Below, one piece after another: positions 13,196 to 25,130 of a stretch of DNA of 64,000 bases; the stretch's first letter is position 1; each line of letters starts with the position of its first letter. The position numbers were made by a program, and so were the translations under genes. Source of the DNA: Camelus ferus (taxonomy: Eukaryota); the NCBI RefSeq assembly GCF_009834535.1, contig NC_045696.1, positions 102,300,001 through 102,364,000 on the forward strand, given 5' to 3'. The notes beneath the pieces are model-generated. The model was not told the origin of the DNA, ran no database searches, and worked only from the letters and a program-made list of their open reading frames with translations.

Positions 13196-13649
13196 AGGAG
13201 TATTCCAGAGCCTTCTGCCACAGGTTCTACTGCCCCAGGAGCAGTGAAACAGGGTGGCCCAGCTTGGAAAGAGCCTCCTAACCCAGTAGAAGACTTGCCT
13301 CTTCTATCTAAGGCGTTCTCCCCTGAACTCTGAAGTCTACCCTCACTCACGTCTCAGATCTTCCATCCCTCAGCTCCCCTCTCCTTCTTTCCTATACCAT
13401 CAATGTCTCCCTTTAGAGTGGAGGGCTAGTACCAGCATCTCAAAATGTTCTCCTCTACCCCTTCCACTAAAATGACTGTCTCTTCTTTACCCTTTCCCCT
13501 TCCTCCTACAGCAGTGCTATAAGAGTCAGGAAAAAAACCCAAGCAAGATGGCATTTAGACTCTTTTCAATCTAGCTTTTATGAAGAAATGGCTTGATCAT
13601 TAAGCTGTTGTGGGTATCTGATTTTTTAATTTATAAAATGTATATTTAA

Positions 13650-13925
13650 ATTATACATAGTAAATGTGTGCATACACACATATATACACATACCAACACA
13701 TATACATCCACATGCAGATATATATATACACAAATATATACACATACACACATATGTATAGATTTACACACACACTCCCACACAAAAATATACTGACATA
13801 CACATAGACATGTATACAGATACACACACATACATAAAGGCATGTAAAACTGGGCCCACATAAGCACATACACACATACACATTAAACACATGTACACAT
13901 ACAAACACACACATCTATACACATA
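13650..13925. repeat. Degenerate (CA/TA)n low-complexity tract
   Basis: Directly visible. It produces the V/C/Y/M-rich spurious ORFs 13646-13914. Confidence 0.95.
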
Positions 13926-15169
13926 TAGTCTTGGAGGAGGTGTGAAGAGGAAAGGAAGATTTGGAATGCAATTATATAATCAAATGGGGTGAAGGCCAAA
14001 AAGAAGGAAATGAACAGACTGAGTTTCTATCTTTCCACCGAATACTGACTGTTCTGCTTTCAGCACGTTTTTCGAGAGCCTGCTCTGTGTCTGGCCTGGG
14101 GTGAGGCACTGGTCCTTGCCTTTAAATGGTCCATTTAGAGTGACAGCATGCTTAATGGGATTCTTAAAGGGGGCAGTAGGCTCCTTTCCAGGAATTGCTG
14201 CTGCTAATACCTCTTTACAATAAACACACACACATGCACACGCTCACTCAGCTGATGATACAGGTCTCTGCACTTGAGTACCTTCAACATGGCTTTCAGA
14301 GCAAGAGCAAGAAAATGACGCCATGAGAACAGCTACTTCAAGGGGCCCCAAGCAGAAAAATGGTTAGACAAGCCCGGCTTAGGCTATTGCTTATCCAATA
14401 GCATTATCTTTGCTCATTTTCAAGTCGCACAGAGGTCTGGTGACAGGTGAAGAATTCTCTAGAAAGTAGTGGCTCATCCTTCCCTCCACAGCCTCCCCTC
14501 CTCCCACACAACAACTCTGCACAGTAGGTCCCAGTCCGCTGCCCTGGGCCCAGCTTCTCTCTACTAGGTGGGAGTCTGTAATCAGGTGTGAGCAGAGTGA
14601 GTCTTGCTTCATTACAATGAGTTGCCTTTGAAAAGGCCCCTCCCAGTTCTTCTTGTGCATTCTGTAGGACTGCACCATGCTGGACCAATCTTTCTACTTC
14701 TTAACATGATGCATCTTGTCAAACTTCTTGAAATGTCAATGATATTTCCTCCTCAGAGCTTATCTTTTTAATGACTCACACATAACAGGTCTTCTGAAAA
14801 GCACAGACTTCTGGTCTGGGATGGATGTTGCTTGAGCTGGCCATCTTCTGTTTTACCAACCTGCACACTATCAGGCCACTGAGGAGAGGTTCTGCAGGAA
14901 ACTCAGTGACCATGACTGACCCCAAATGCTGTTACTCCACATCTCTGTACAATAACACCTCCACGGGGTTGGAGAAAATAATAGGACATCCTTCCCGTGG
15001 GATACAGAAGCCTTTTCTGAAGGTGAAAGTCTGCAAGCTGACGCTGAGGACATCAGTTCCTCTGTTCAACTCCAGCAGCTTTTCGTGACTTCATCTCCCA
15101 CCTAGAGTAAGAAAAGCTCAGGGTGGGGCCGCCAATGTCCAGTTTAATTGTTTTCCATTGTCAATTCAA

Positions 15170-15500
15170 CATTACAAATATTGGGCATCCATTTTATGGA
15201 AGACACTGTGTGAAGAGATAATATAAAATAGACCTGGAACCTCACTTCATATTATTTAGGGTCTGGGGTGGAGAGGGAAAGAGGTGCACAGGTCATTTAA
15301 GAAAACACTGGTTGTATTAAGTGTTGCCGCTGAGACAACTAGGAGCGATAGAGGCACTGAGGACAGAGGAATAGATGCTAACTGAGGCTCTCTGTAAAAG
15401 GTGGTGTCTGAATCAGAGAATGAGGAGGATGCCGAAAGTCAGAGATAGGGCAAGTGGTGGAACTTCTAGATAAAGGAAAGTGTTCGCTGACATGGAAGGG
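15170..15500 (-). mobile_element. L2 fragment, degraded
   Basis: aggtggtgtctgaatcagagaatgagg..ctagataaaggaaag. Confidence 0.5.
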
Positions 15501-16369
15501 AAAATACACTGCATGGATCTGGAGAAACTGATGAGTCAGGTGTGACAGAAAGCATAGGGTTCAGTGCATCCAACCTATGGAGGGTTCAGCTCGAAGGACC
15601 CAGAGTTTGGACATTGCGCTCTAGAAGATGGGGACCCAGTTGAGCATATTGGGATTATCACACCTACATTTTAGGAGAATAACTTGGAATCTGAGAAGGT
15701 GTCTGCCAGAGAGAAAGTATGGTCCTTGTCCCCTGTTCTTTTCAAGCCCTTCTCTAGAGTCAATAAAAGTGAGATTAGAGTCAGGGCCCACAGGACACAT
15801 CAAGGAGAGAGCATGATGGGGACTCTTGGTTCCATGGCAGCCAACAAGACCTGGGGACCAACAGCAGCACAGGAGCCTTAAAGTGAAGACCTTGGATTCT
15901 GTGACTCTCTGAAAATCCCATCTGGCAGATGTCTGCCTGTCCCCTTAGTGGGGGACTACATCTATCCTGACTACAGGTGTGGAATTCAAAGAGGTCATCA
16001 ACTTGTACTCACTCTCCTGGACCTACATAGGACTTCCCTGTTGGGCTGAAATGGTCTCGTCTGTTCTGTTGAGAGAAGATTCGATCAGAACCTCAGCAGA
16101 AGGTAACAGTTTGCTTGCTTGGTGTCCACAGCCCACAAAAATGGGCACTGCCATGCCCCCCGCTCTGCCATCACTGCTAGAATTCCCCAACAGGCTGATC
16201 AAAACAGGTATTGAGGGAGCACACAAAATCAGCAGGTAATGAAAAATTACAACCTACTTAAGCGGAGTCCATGGCCAGAGGGAGAGAGACTAGGCTGAGC
16301 AAGTAGAGCTGGCGACTTCGTTTATAGTGGGGCTAATGGAAGAGAGAAAGAGGAGACATTAATAAAAGT

Positions 16370-17030
16370 AATTAGAACAAGATATAATTAGAGCACAGAA
16401 AAGGCTTTCTGGAAACAAGAATGATATTTCTGAATCTTAAAAGTTCAGTAGACAAACTGAAAAAAAATGAATGTTCACTGCTGAGAATAGAATTTGTGCT
16501 CTGAGAGATCAAGTTTAAGAAATATCTCAAGACAGAGAGAACTAGTCCCTAAAGTAGAAAGTACATGGAATAAGAAAAGAGCCTGAGAAGACACACCCAG
16601 AGGACCCGCCATGTTAACAATGGGAACACCAGAGGACACAAAGGAACAAGTGCATGAAAAGCAATAAGCAAATAAGAGAAGGAAAGATTTCCTACTGAAG
16701 AAATACTTGGTCCTTCATATTAAAAGCTCCACTGAGTCTTAGAGAAGATGAATTAAGACAGGAAAACAACAACAATAAAAAGCTGAGACATACTGTAGTG
16801 AAATTTCTACATTTCAAAGATAGAGAGAAAACCTTCTGATAGAAAGAACATGTGACTTACTCATCATCTGAAGTATTAGAATCTAAAGAACACTGAAATA
16901 GCATCTATATAGAGAAAGGAGGACCATTAATAAAAACATTAAAATCAAAAATGAAATATTAAAAAAAAGGACCATTATGATCCTAAAATCTTATCTAGCC
17001 TAAGTATCATTCATTTGAAAGAGAAAAGAA
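16370..17030 (+). mobile_element. Very old L1 ORF1-like remnant (L1M/HAL1-type)
   Basis: A-rich; gagacatactgtagtgaaatttctacatttcaaagatagagagaaa..cctaaaatcttatctagcctaagtatcattca. Confidence 0.6.
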
Positions 17031-17060
17031 GGCAATGTCATTGGCCCCATTCTCTAGTTA

Positions 17061-17292
17061 CAGATGACCCTTAAACAACATGAGGGTTAGGGCACCAACC
17101 CTCAGTACAGTTGAAAATCTCCATATAACTTATAGTTTGCCCACCATATTCAAGTTTCCTCCATATACACAATTCTGCATCAGGGATTCCAACAAATGTG
17201 GAATGTACAATACTGTAGTATTTACTACTGAAAAAAAATCTGCATAGAAGTGGACCTGCGCAGTTCAAACTACGTTGTTCAAGGGTCTACTG
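17061..17292. mobile_element. MER8-like Tigger MITE (TcMar)
   Basis: TIRs cagatgacccttaaacaac / gttgttcaagggtctactg, preceded by TA. About 232 bp. Confidence 0.85.
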
Positions 17293-17329
17293 TGTTGTAA
17301 ATCAAAACAAATGATTACCCAAAACAAGT

Positions 17330-17610
17330 GTAATTACTTGCAAATTAAGAAATATTCTTTGACATAATAGACAAGTCCTAGCTAAAATTTGATATTATCT
17401 AGAGAGTAACAAAAAAGAAAACATTTCATACTAAACAGTGTAAGACACAGCTAAAACTGTATTCAGAGGAAAATGTAAAGCTTTGAATGCTTTTAGTATG
17501 TTTATTAGAAAAATTAAAAGGAAGGTAAAGAAACTGGAAATAAATGAAATTTATCTATTCAACTTCAGAAATTAGAAAAGGAATAATAAAGTACAAAAAA
17601 AAAAAGACAA
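17330..17610 (+). mobile_element. Old L1 ORF2 (endonuclease-linker) fragment
   Basis: gacacagctaaaactgtattcagaggaaaatgtaaagctttgaatgc..caacttcagaaattagaaaagg. Confidence 0.75.
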
Positions 17611-17759
17611 TTCTGACAAAAATGCCCCAGGATAAGAGTGGAAATAATTCTGAAGCAAATTGATAAAGGCCAGAAATACCAAAGCAGCAGGATCGAAAAG
17701 AACAGCTGGATTGAGAAGCTGTTCTGGAAGTGAAATGATCCTGGCATCTGAAAGCAGAA

Positions 17760-17920
17760 AATTGGAGGTAAAAGGAGTCAACGAGGAGTGATAGTTGGAG
17801 ACTGGATAATTAGGTGAAGGTGATACTATTAGTAAGACAAAATGGAGAAGGAAGAATAAGCTTGGGAGGGAAGACATGAAGTTCAATTTCAAATATATAC
17901 AGTTTGAGGTGCCTGAGATG
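17760..17920 (-). mobile_element. L2 fragment
   Basis: gaagttcaatttcaaatatatacagtttgaggtgcct. Confidence 0.6.
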
Positions 17921-19951
17921 GGCAAGGCACTTTATGAGGCGCTGTACTCATTACAGATCTGAATATGCCCCTGTTCACCCAGACTCCTGTGTCACCAGTC
18001 CAGGTCTGCAGTTGGCATATCAAGGTGGCAAACAAGCTATATATATATATGTTTAATATAGGCTGATCCCAGGAATGTCCAGCGAAGCTCCAGAATGAGA
18101 GAGAAAACTCTGTCCTCTCCAGCCCTCTCCTCTGCTACAGTTCAGAGGGAGTGTCCTCGGAGATTGAGAATGGAGGGCAGGGGCAGAGAGAAGCAAGCGA
18201 GGTCAGCGTTTCCTCAATCCAGCCTCATTATCCAACTCAAACGCCCTACTTAGGGAACAAGTGAGCTTCTCAAGAGACTTGTTCCTAAAGTAATTAAACA
18301 CAACGTCACAGTTGTAGCTCAATGACTGTTAAATACAGCTCAGTTTATGTTTTCTTTGTCCTTCCCTCCTGCCCCTGCAGCCCAGAACCCCAGCCACACA
18401 TCACTGAGAACTCTAGATTTTGGGAATCAAAGAAAAGAATCGCTGGTCAAGATCTCTTAATATGCAGATAACTCTTTCAAACAAATCTGGTAACAAACAT
18501 TCTGGATTCCATCCAAGTCAGTCTTCCTGCATAGCTTCTAGAAAAGCAGCAGGTCAATGATAATATTTGCCTGGGGAAGAAAAAGAGCCAGGCGGTGAAG
18601 CATCCTGGAAAGACTCTTCTATTCTGTGCCTCTCCTTAGGCCAGCTTGATTTTCCCTTTGATGCAGAAAGATAGTTTCAGGCAAAGTATATTTGCTTACT
18701 TCTTTACCACTGATTTGTGCCATGTTGACTTAGTCTTGGTGAGAAGGTTTAAACTGTGAATGAAGTGGGAACTTTGAATATTGGCAGCTAATTTTGATCA
18801 AACTTTCTGGTGCTTTCTTTGAGGCTGTGCGACAAAGGACTGAGAGGCTAACCTACTATTCTACTCTTAGAGATACTTACAGGTTGGTCTGTGCAGTGTC
18901 CCAGAAAGTGTTCTCCCAAGTTAAAGCCATTGAAGATTGGGTAACTATTTTTATGCCTACAACTTTTCAGTCAAAAGAAATAACAGGACATCACACTATT
19001 TACAGTTGAAGCCTCTAAAGTTTTTCTTTGAGGTAATACCATCAGAGAGCACAGTGGCCTGACCTCACATCCAAATGAGCCCAATTCATACTCAAGGAAA
19101 GTAAAGGCACAGAAATTGAAAGTAGTTCTGAGAACCACTGACATATCACTAGAGAAAAATGGTATTCCTGAGCCCAGTATTAACTTGCCTCATTTGTAGG
19201 AAATTGTCAAAATACAACTGGGCAGGCATTCTCTTTTCTCTTTCTTTTCCTCTTACTTGTAAAGCCGTTTTGTAAAGTCAGTCCTCCTTTCTCCTGGCTG
19301 ATGATGCTTATCAACAGTCCCAAATTAAATGATGGCAAAATGGCCTGATTCTTCATCTTTTTTGAAGTTGTACATCCCTTAAGGTAGTACATATTTGGAG
19401 ATTCAGGTAGAGTATTCTTTCCCCTCTGTGTGCTAAGATTATTTTTCTCATATGGTGCTATGGTTTTGTCTCTTTGCATCAGCTGAAAATGAACTTTTTA
19501 TACTGTTCCAGAGAAGGGGTGTTTGGAAATAGACTTTTAGATTTGAAAGCATGAAGCATGTCATCTGGCGAATTTCACATGTCTTAGAAGAGGTCCAGGT
19601 ATCTGAAAGATACTGTTTAAGGAAGTTCCACTTAGAGTCATTTGTTAAAGAATTGACTGCTACTGTGGTAATCTGGTCATGTCTTTATACTTTCTTTGAT
19701 GATATCTTATGTATAAAATAAGGTGCAGTGCTGTTATTCTCATCAGCATCATTCCTGAACAAGCCTTATTAATATGATTAGCTGTGTCATTCCATTATCA
19801 TTGAGCACCCCCTCTCTGTCCTAAAGCAGCAGGACCTGGGACCTTTGACTTTAGTTCCCTGATACTCAAAATGTGGTCCAAAGGCCAGCAGCATCCACAT
19901 CACCTGAGAGCTTGTTAGAAATGCAGAATCTCAGGCCCCACACACACCTAC

Positions 19952-20351
19952 AGCTATGGACTGAATTGTGTCACCTTCCCAANNNNNNNNNNNNNNNNNN
20001 NNNNNNNNNNNNNNNNNNNNNNNNNNNNNNNNNNNNNNNNNNNNNNNNNNNNNNNNNNNNNNNNNNNNNNNNNNNNNNNNNNNNNNNNNNNNNNNNNNNN
20101 NNNNNNNNNNNNNNNNNNNNNNNNNNNNNNNNCTCTTTCTTTCTTGCACACACACAAAGAAGAGGTTATGTGAGCATATAGTGAGAAAGCACCTATCTGC
20201 AATCCAGGAGGAGAGAGCTCCCTAGTAACCAAATCAGCTAGTACTTTCATCTTAGACATTCCAGCCTCCAAAACTGTAGGAAATAGATGTCTGAAGTTTA
20301 AGCTACCCAGTCTATGGTATTTTGTAATAGCAGCCCAAGCTATCTAAGGGA
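19952..20351 (+). mobile_element. MLT1B-like MaLR solo LTR
   Basis: gctatggactgaattgtgtc..ttccagcctccaaaactgt..ccagtctatggtattttgtaatagcagccc. TSD-like cctac/cctcc. Confidence 0.85.
19983..20132. other. Assembly gap (150 N) inside an MLT1 LTR
   Basis: Run of n. Confidence 1.
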
Positions 20352-20408
20352 CCTCCTAAAACAGACTTTTCATCCTAACAAGATCCTTAGATGATGAGTA
20401 AGCATATT

Positions 20409-20410
<2 letters not shown>

Positions 20411-20446
<36 letters not shown>
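20411..20446. repeat. (CA)18 microsatellite
   Basis: Directly visible. Confidence 0.97.
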
Positions 20447-20448
<2 letters not shown>

Positions 20449-20564
20449 TGCCATTTCTCTATTTTTAATGTTTCTTTTGAGCCAAGCCTTTTTTTCCATT
20501 AGTCTTAATCTAGTCATGCATTCTCCTCAACAAAGATTATTAATACCAAAAAGGAAAGAAGGGA

Positions 20565-20805
20565 GAATTAAGCATTTATTTATTTATTGAGCACCTGATG
20601 TTTCCTAGTAAATACATTGGGTGCCTTATCTTCATCTCTGAGTGTGATGTTAACTCTGCAGAGTAGGTTCTATCATCTTCTTTTTATAGACAAATAAACT
20701 AGTATTCATAGAAAGGATGTTTCTTGTCCGTGGTTTCACAGCTGAAAGGAATGGGGCCAAAATTCAAACCTGGGTCATCCTGGTTCCAGAACCATTAGGC
20801 ATTCT
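20565..20805 (-). mobile_element. MIR
   Basis: tttattgagcacc..ttttatagacaaataaact..cacagctg..aattcaaacctggg. Confidence 0.7.
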
Positions 20806-21003
20806 AGCACATCCTGTGTCTAAAGTGTGATACATATGAATGCAAGAGTATTATAGGAGGTACAGTGATTAACTTAAAATATTTTAAGTTGTACGTGTAT
20901 GTTTAACCCCTATTATAACAGGGAAAATACTCATTGTTATTTACCATCTAGAGCCAATGTGCTTTTGTTTTTTAAATTTTAAAACATTTTACAAATAATT
21001 TTT

Positions 21004-21279
21004 TAACATTTTTTATTGAGTGATAGTCATTTTACAATGTTGTGTCAAATTCTAGTGTAGTGCACAATTTTTCAGTTATACATAAACATATATATATTCT
21101 TTGTCACATTTTTTTTTTTGCTATGAGTTAACACAAGATCTTGTATATATTTCCCTGTACTATATACAGTATAATCTTGTTTATCTATTCTGCATTTTAA
21201 GATCCCAGTCTGTCCCTTCCCACCCTCCGCCCCTTTGGCAATCACAAGTTTGTATTCTATGTCTATGAGTCTGTTTCTG
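21004..21279 (-). mobile_element. 5'-truncated young L1 3' UTR with a 24 bp direct repeat (TSD)
   Basis: tttttattgagtgatagtcattttacaatgttgtgtcaaattc..cacaagtttgtattctatgtctatgagtctgtttctg, flanked by taaaacattttacaaataattttt at 20980-21003 and 21280-21303. Confidence 0.9.
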
Positions 21280-21439
21280 TAAAACATTTTACAAATAATT
21301 TTTGCAAGAATAAACAGCTAATGAAAAACACCTTAATTCAAAAATTCAGTAAGAACACAAACACAGTTTTTATTATATATTTTTCTCTCTCTCTTTCTCT
21401 CTTTAGATACATAAAAGAGAGAGAGAAATCTGAACTAAG

Positions 21440-22735
21440 TAACATCCTCTGAGTTCAATTAATTGCTTGTCAACTGTCATGCATGTACCAAAAACATATT
21501 CCAGATTTCAAATGCATCGCTAAGAGGTTCTAGCTTATAATTACTTAAGGATCTTCTTTTTGTACTTTCATCATGAAAATGGAAAACTTCAAGTTTTTTT
21601 AATAATTTTGATTTATTATAATTTTGTTGAAGAGGCCATATTTCTAATTTCACATTACAAAATATTTCCATTTTAGATTTACAAATAGCAGTTAGAATAA
21701 TGTCTATTGAATTGTTTTAATTTTCTTCCACTCATCTTTGTATACATATCTGATTCAGCATTTGTCTACTTACAAATCATATCAAATAATTTTGGCACAA
21801 AAGCATCATAAAGTATAAACAAATAAGGGATATGTCCTTTTAGAAACATGGGATAACCCAAGTTCTTGTTATGAAATAGTGCATGAGGAAGTTCTTCCTG
21901 TTCAGTGACTCAATGGATGAGAATACCACATCTCCTTTGTGCTCTTAGAATTATATTCATCATAATTCATAAACTCATGGATTCTTAAGTTTAAAACAAT
22001 TCATCTAGGATATTGTTATCTGAAAAATTATGGTCTAAGATTTTGCTAATACAGTTTGACCATCATCCTTAGAGAATAGAGTTTTGCTGTCTCTTTGCAT
22101 TTGTCTTCTCATCTGTCTAATAATTGTGAAATATCTTCTGTTGTAAATTTTATTCTTTTTGTCATTATGGGTGAGAAATGAAAAAAATTCTGAATTCTCA
22201 GTTGCGTCCAGTGAAAGCTACAAGCAGACTATGTCTATAAAGAGAGTACCTCCTGTCTTTTACACCTTTTTGACAGGTGATGCAATATATTAGGCAACAT
22301 AAGATAACTGAAGGATGATAACATAATGATGACTCATTTCACTATTGTATCTAAATGATCCCATCAGTATTCTTGTTTTCTTATTAATTCAGTAGTTTTT
22401 TAGCATCATTTGAAATAATAAGTGATGAGGACATAATTTCTAGGATGATAAAATAGCAAAATTTTTCAAGATACAGGCAAAATAAGATCACTAAAATTTT
22501 ATAATATATCTTAGATTTTTAAAGGTGTCCAGTGGACATATGTGGTAATTTCAAGAAAAAAATAGTATTATTTTATTTTTTTAATATGTTAGATTTACCT
22601 TTGTCCTTTGGAAGACATAAGAAAGAAGAAGAAGGTCATGATATAGCAACACTTACAAATAGAACTACTCAAAAATAAACTCAAAAACTAAATTTAGATC
22701 CAATGGATGCTGATAGTATACTAGCGTAAATGGAT
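21440..22735 (-). mobile_element. piggyBac-family DNA transposon fossil (Looper-like), frameshifted transposase N-terminal half
   Basis: Minus-strand translation ..IILTAICKSK..WPLQQNYNKSKLLKKLEVFHFHDESTKRRSLSNYKLEPLSDAFEIWN.. followed by shifted CMTVDKQL. This resembles the piggyBac RF..LRFDD..KL.P....EIWN..T(V/I)DEQL region. Putative terminus near ttaa at ~22740. Confidence 0.65.
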
Positions 22736-22869
22736 ATTTAAATATATAGCTAGCATATCAAACCATGATTTCATAGATACTGTTGTTTAAGATAAACTAA
22801 GCTTGTAAAACATCAGTTGAGCAGGACTTCCAAAATGGAAATAGACTTTACATAATTTGTCCAGGCAAT

Positions 22870-25130
22870 CCACTAAACAAACAAATTAAGAAAATAGCAA
22901 CATTATCATGCCCTGGGAAAGGGAGAGAGCTAATCAGAATTCAGAATTGGTACAATATATATCTATAATGTCCAGTTTTTGACAACATATTATGAAATAT
23001 GGGAAGAAACAGGATATTGTGACCCTTGTACAGGAAAACAGCAAGTAAACAGTAAAAACTGCATTTGAGGGGGTCCAGGGAAAGGAGACAAAGATATCAA
23101 AGCCACTATTATAAATAAGTTGAAACACCTAACTGAAACCATGTTTAAAAAATTAAAGGAGGATATGATGACTGAGACTCATCAAATAGAGAATATCAAT
23201 AAGGAGACAGAAATTATATTAAAATGGAAATTCTGAAGTTGCAGAGTATAATAGATGAAGTGGAAAATTCACTACAGGGGCTTAACCATAGATTTGAGCT
23301 GGAAAAAGAAAGAGGTAGCAAACTTGAAGATAGAGCATTAGAAATTATACAATCTTAAGAACTAAGAAAAAAATAAAAAGGAAAAATGAATAGATCCTCT
23401 GAGACATTATTAAGCACACAAACATGTGAGTATACCAGAAGGAGANNNNNNNNNNNNNNNNNNNNNNNNNNNNNNNNNNNNNNNNNNNNNNNNNNNNNNN
23501 NNNNNNNNNNNNNNNNNNNNNNNNNNNNNNNNNNNNNNNNNNNNNNNNNNNNNNNNNNNNNNNNNNNNNNNNNNNNNNNNNNNNNNNNNNNNNACAGTCA
23601 AAATGTTGAAAATCAAAGACAAAGAGAAAATCTTGAAAACAACAGAGAAAAATCATTCATCACATAGACGAGAATCCCAATGACATTAACAGCTCATTTC
23701 TTATCAGAAACAATAGAGTCCAAATGTTAGTGGATAACATATTTAAAGTGCTTCAAGGAAAAAACTGTTAGCCAAGAACACTATATCTAGCAAAGTTAGC
23801 TTCAAAAGTGAGGAAGACATAAAGACATTCCAAGATAAATAAAGACTAAGAGAATTTGTAGCCAGCAGACCTGACTTACAAAAAAATACTAAAGAAATTC
23901 TTCACGCTGAAAGGAAGTAACACTAGACCATAATTTAATCCATATGAAAAACAAAAAATGCTGGCAGAGGAAATTATGTATTAGCTATAGAGGATAGTAT
24001 TTCTTCTCCTTTCTTCTCTTAACTTATTAAAAGACAACACAATAAAACAATATCTATAAAATTGAATTGTGTGTTCTATAGCATATAGAGATATGTATTT
24101 GACAACAATAATGCAAAGAACAAAGGAGGGAAGGATACTACATTTAGTGACCAAGGAAGTGACATAAGATGGCAACTCAAGTCCACAGGAGGAAATGAAG
24201 AGTACCAGAAATAGTAAATAAGAAGATTACAATAAAAACTTTGTAAATATATTTTTCTGTATTCTCCTTAGTTTCTTAAAAAGACATGTAAAGATTCATA
24301 AATTATAATTTTATGTAAGATTAATTTATAATTTATAATACACTTAATTTATCAATCTTATCTAATCTTATATTTATAATTTTAATATAAGATTATATAA
24401 AGTGCCAATTATAACACTATATTTTTGGGTTTGTAACATACATGGATATGATGTATATTGTATTAATAATACAAAAGAGTGGGAATAGAGTGGAACAAAT
24501 GTTCTATATCTCACTGGAGTTAATTTAATATAAATCTGAAGTAGTCTGATCAGTTAAGATGTACATTGTAATCCCCAGAACAACCACTAAGAAAATACTA
24601 AAAATATATATATATATTTTAAAAGTTATTAGAGGAATTAAAATGATACAAAGATAATATCCATTTAATACAAATAAAGTAATAAAGGAAGAACAGAGGA
24701 ATAAAAAAATACATGAAACATATTGAAAGCAATAGCAAAATGACAGGTAAACCTGATTTTATCAATAATAACATTAAGTGAATGAACTAAACAATTGAAT
24801 CAAAAGGCAGAGATTATTGGATTTATTTTAAAAAATAAAAACAAGATCCAACTAGATTCAAAGATACAAACAGGCTCAAAGGCAAAAGATGGAAAAAGAT
24901 ATACCATGGAAATAGCACCTGTACGAGAACTGAAGCAGTATACTAACAGCAGACAAAATGGACTACCGCACACACGCTTGCGCGCACACACACGCACTTC
25001 GATAGAGACTCCTTTATAACGATAAAAAAGTCAGTTCATTAGGAAACTATAACAATTATAAACACATGTTCTTAACAAGGCCCCAAAATACATAAAGCAA
25101 AATTGACAGAATGGAAGGAAGAGAAGTTAA
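22870..25130 (+). mobile_element. Old L1 (L1M4/L1MC-type): ORF1, inter-ORF region and ORF2 5' end, disrupted
   Basis: caaatagagaatatcaataaggagacagaaatt..aaaatcaaagacaaagagaaaatcttgaaa..ataaaaaagtcagttcattaggaaactataacaattataaac. Confidence 0.9.
23446..23593. other. Assembly gap (148 N) inside an L1 ORF1 remnant
   Basis: Run of n. Confidence 1.

Larger units (their letters stand above)
19862..20410. mobile_element. MER5A (hAT-Charlie) interrupted by an MLT1 LTR
   Basis: ctcaaaatgtggtcc..cagcagcatc..tgagagcttgttagaaatgcagaatctcaggcccc. Resumes with taacaagatccttagatgat. Confidence 0.85.
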
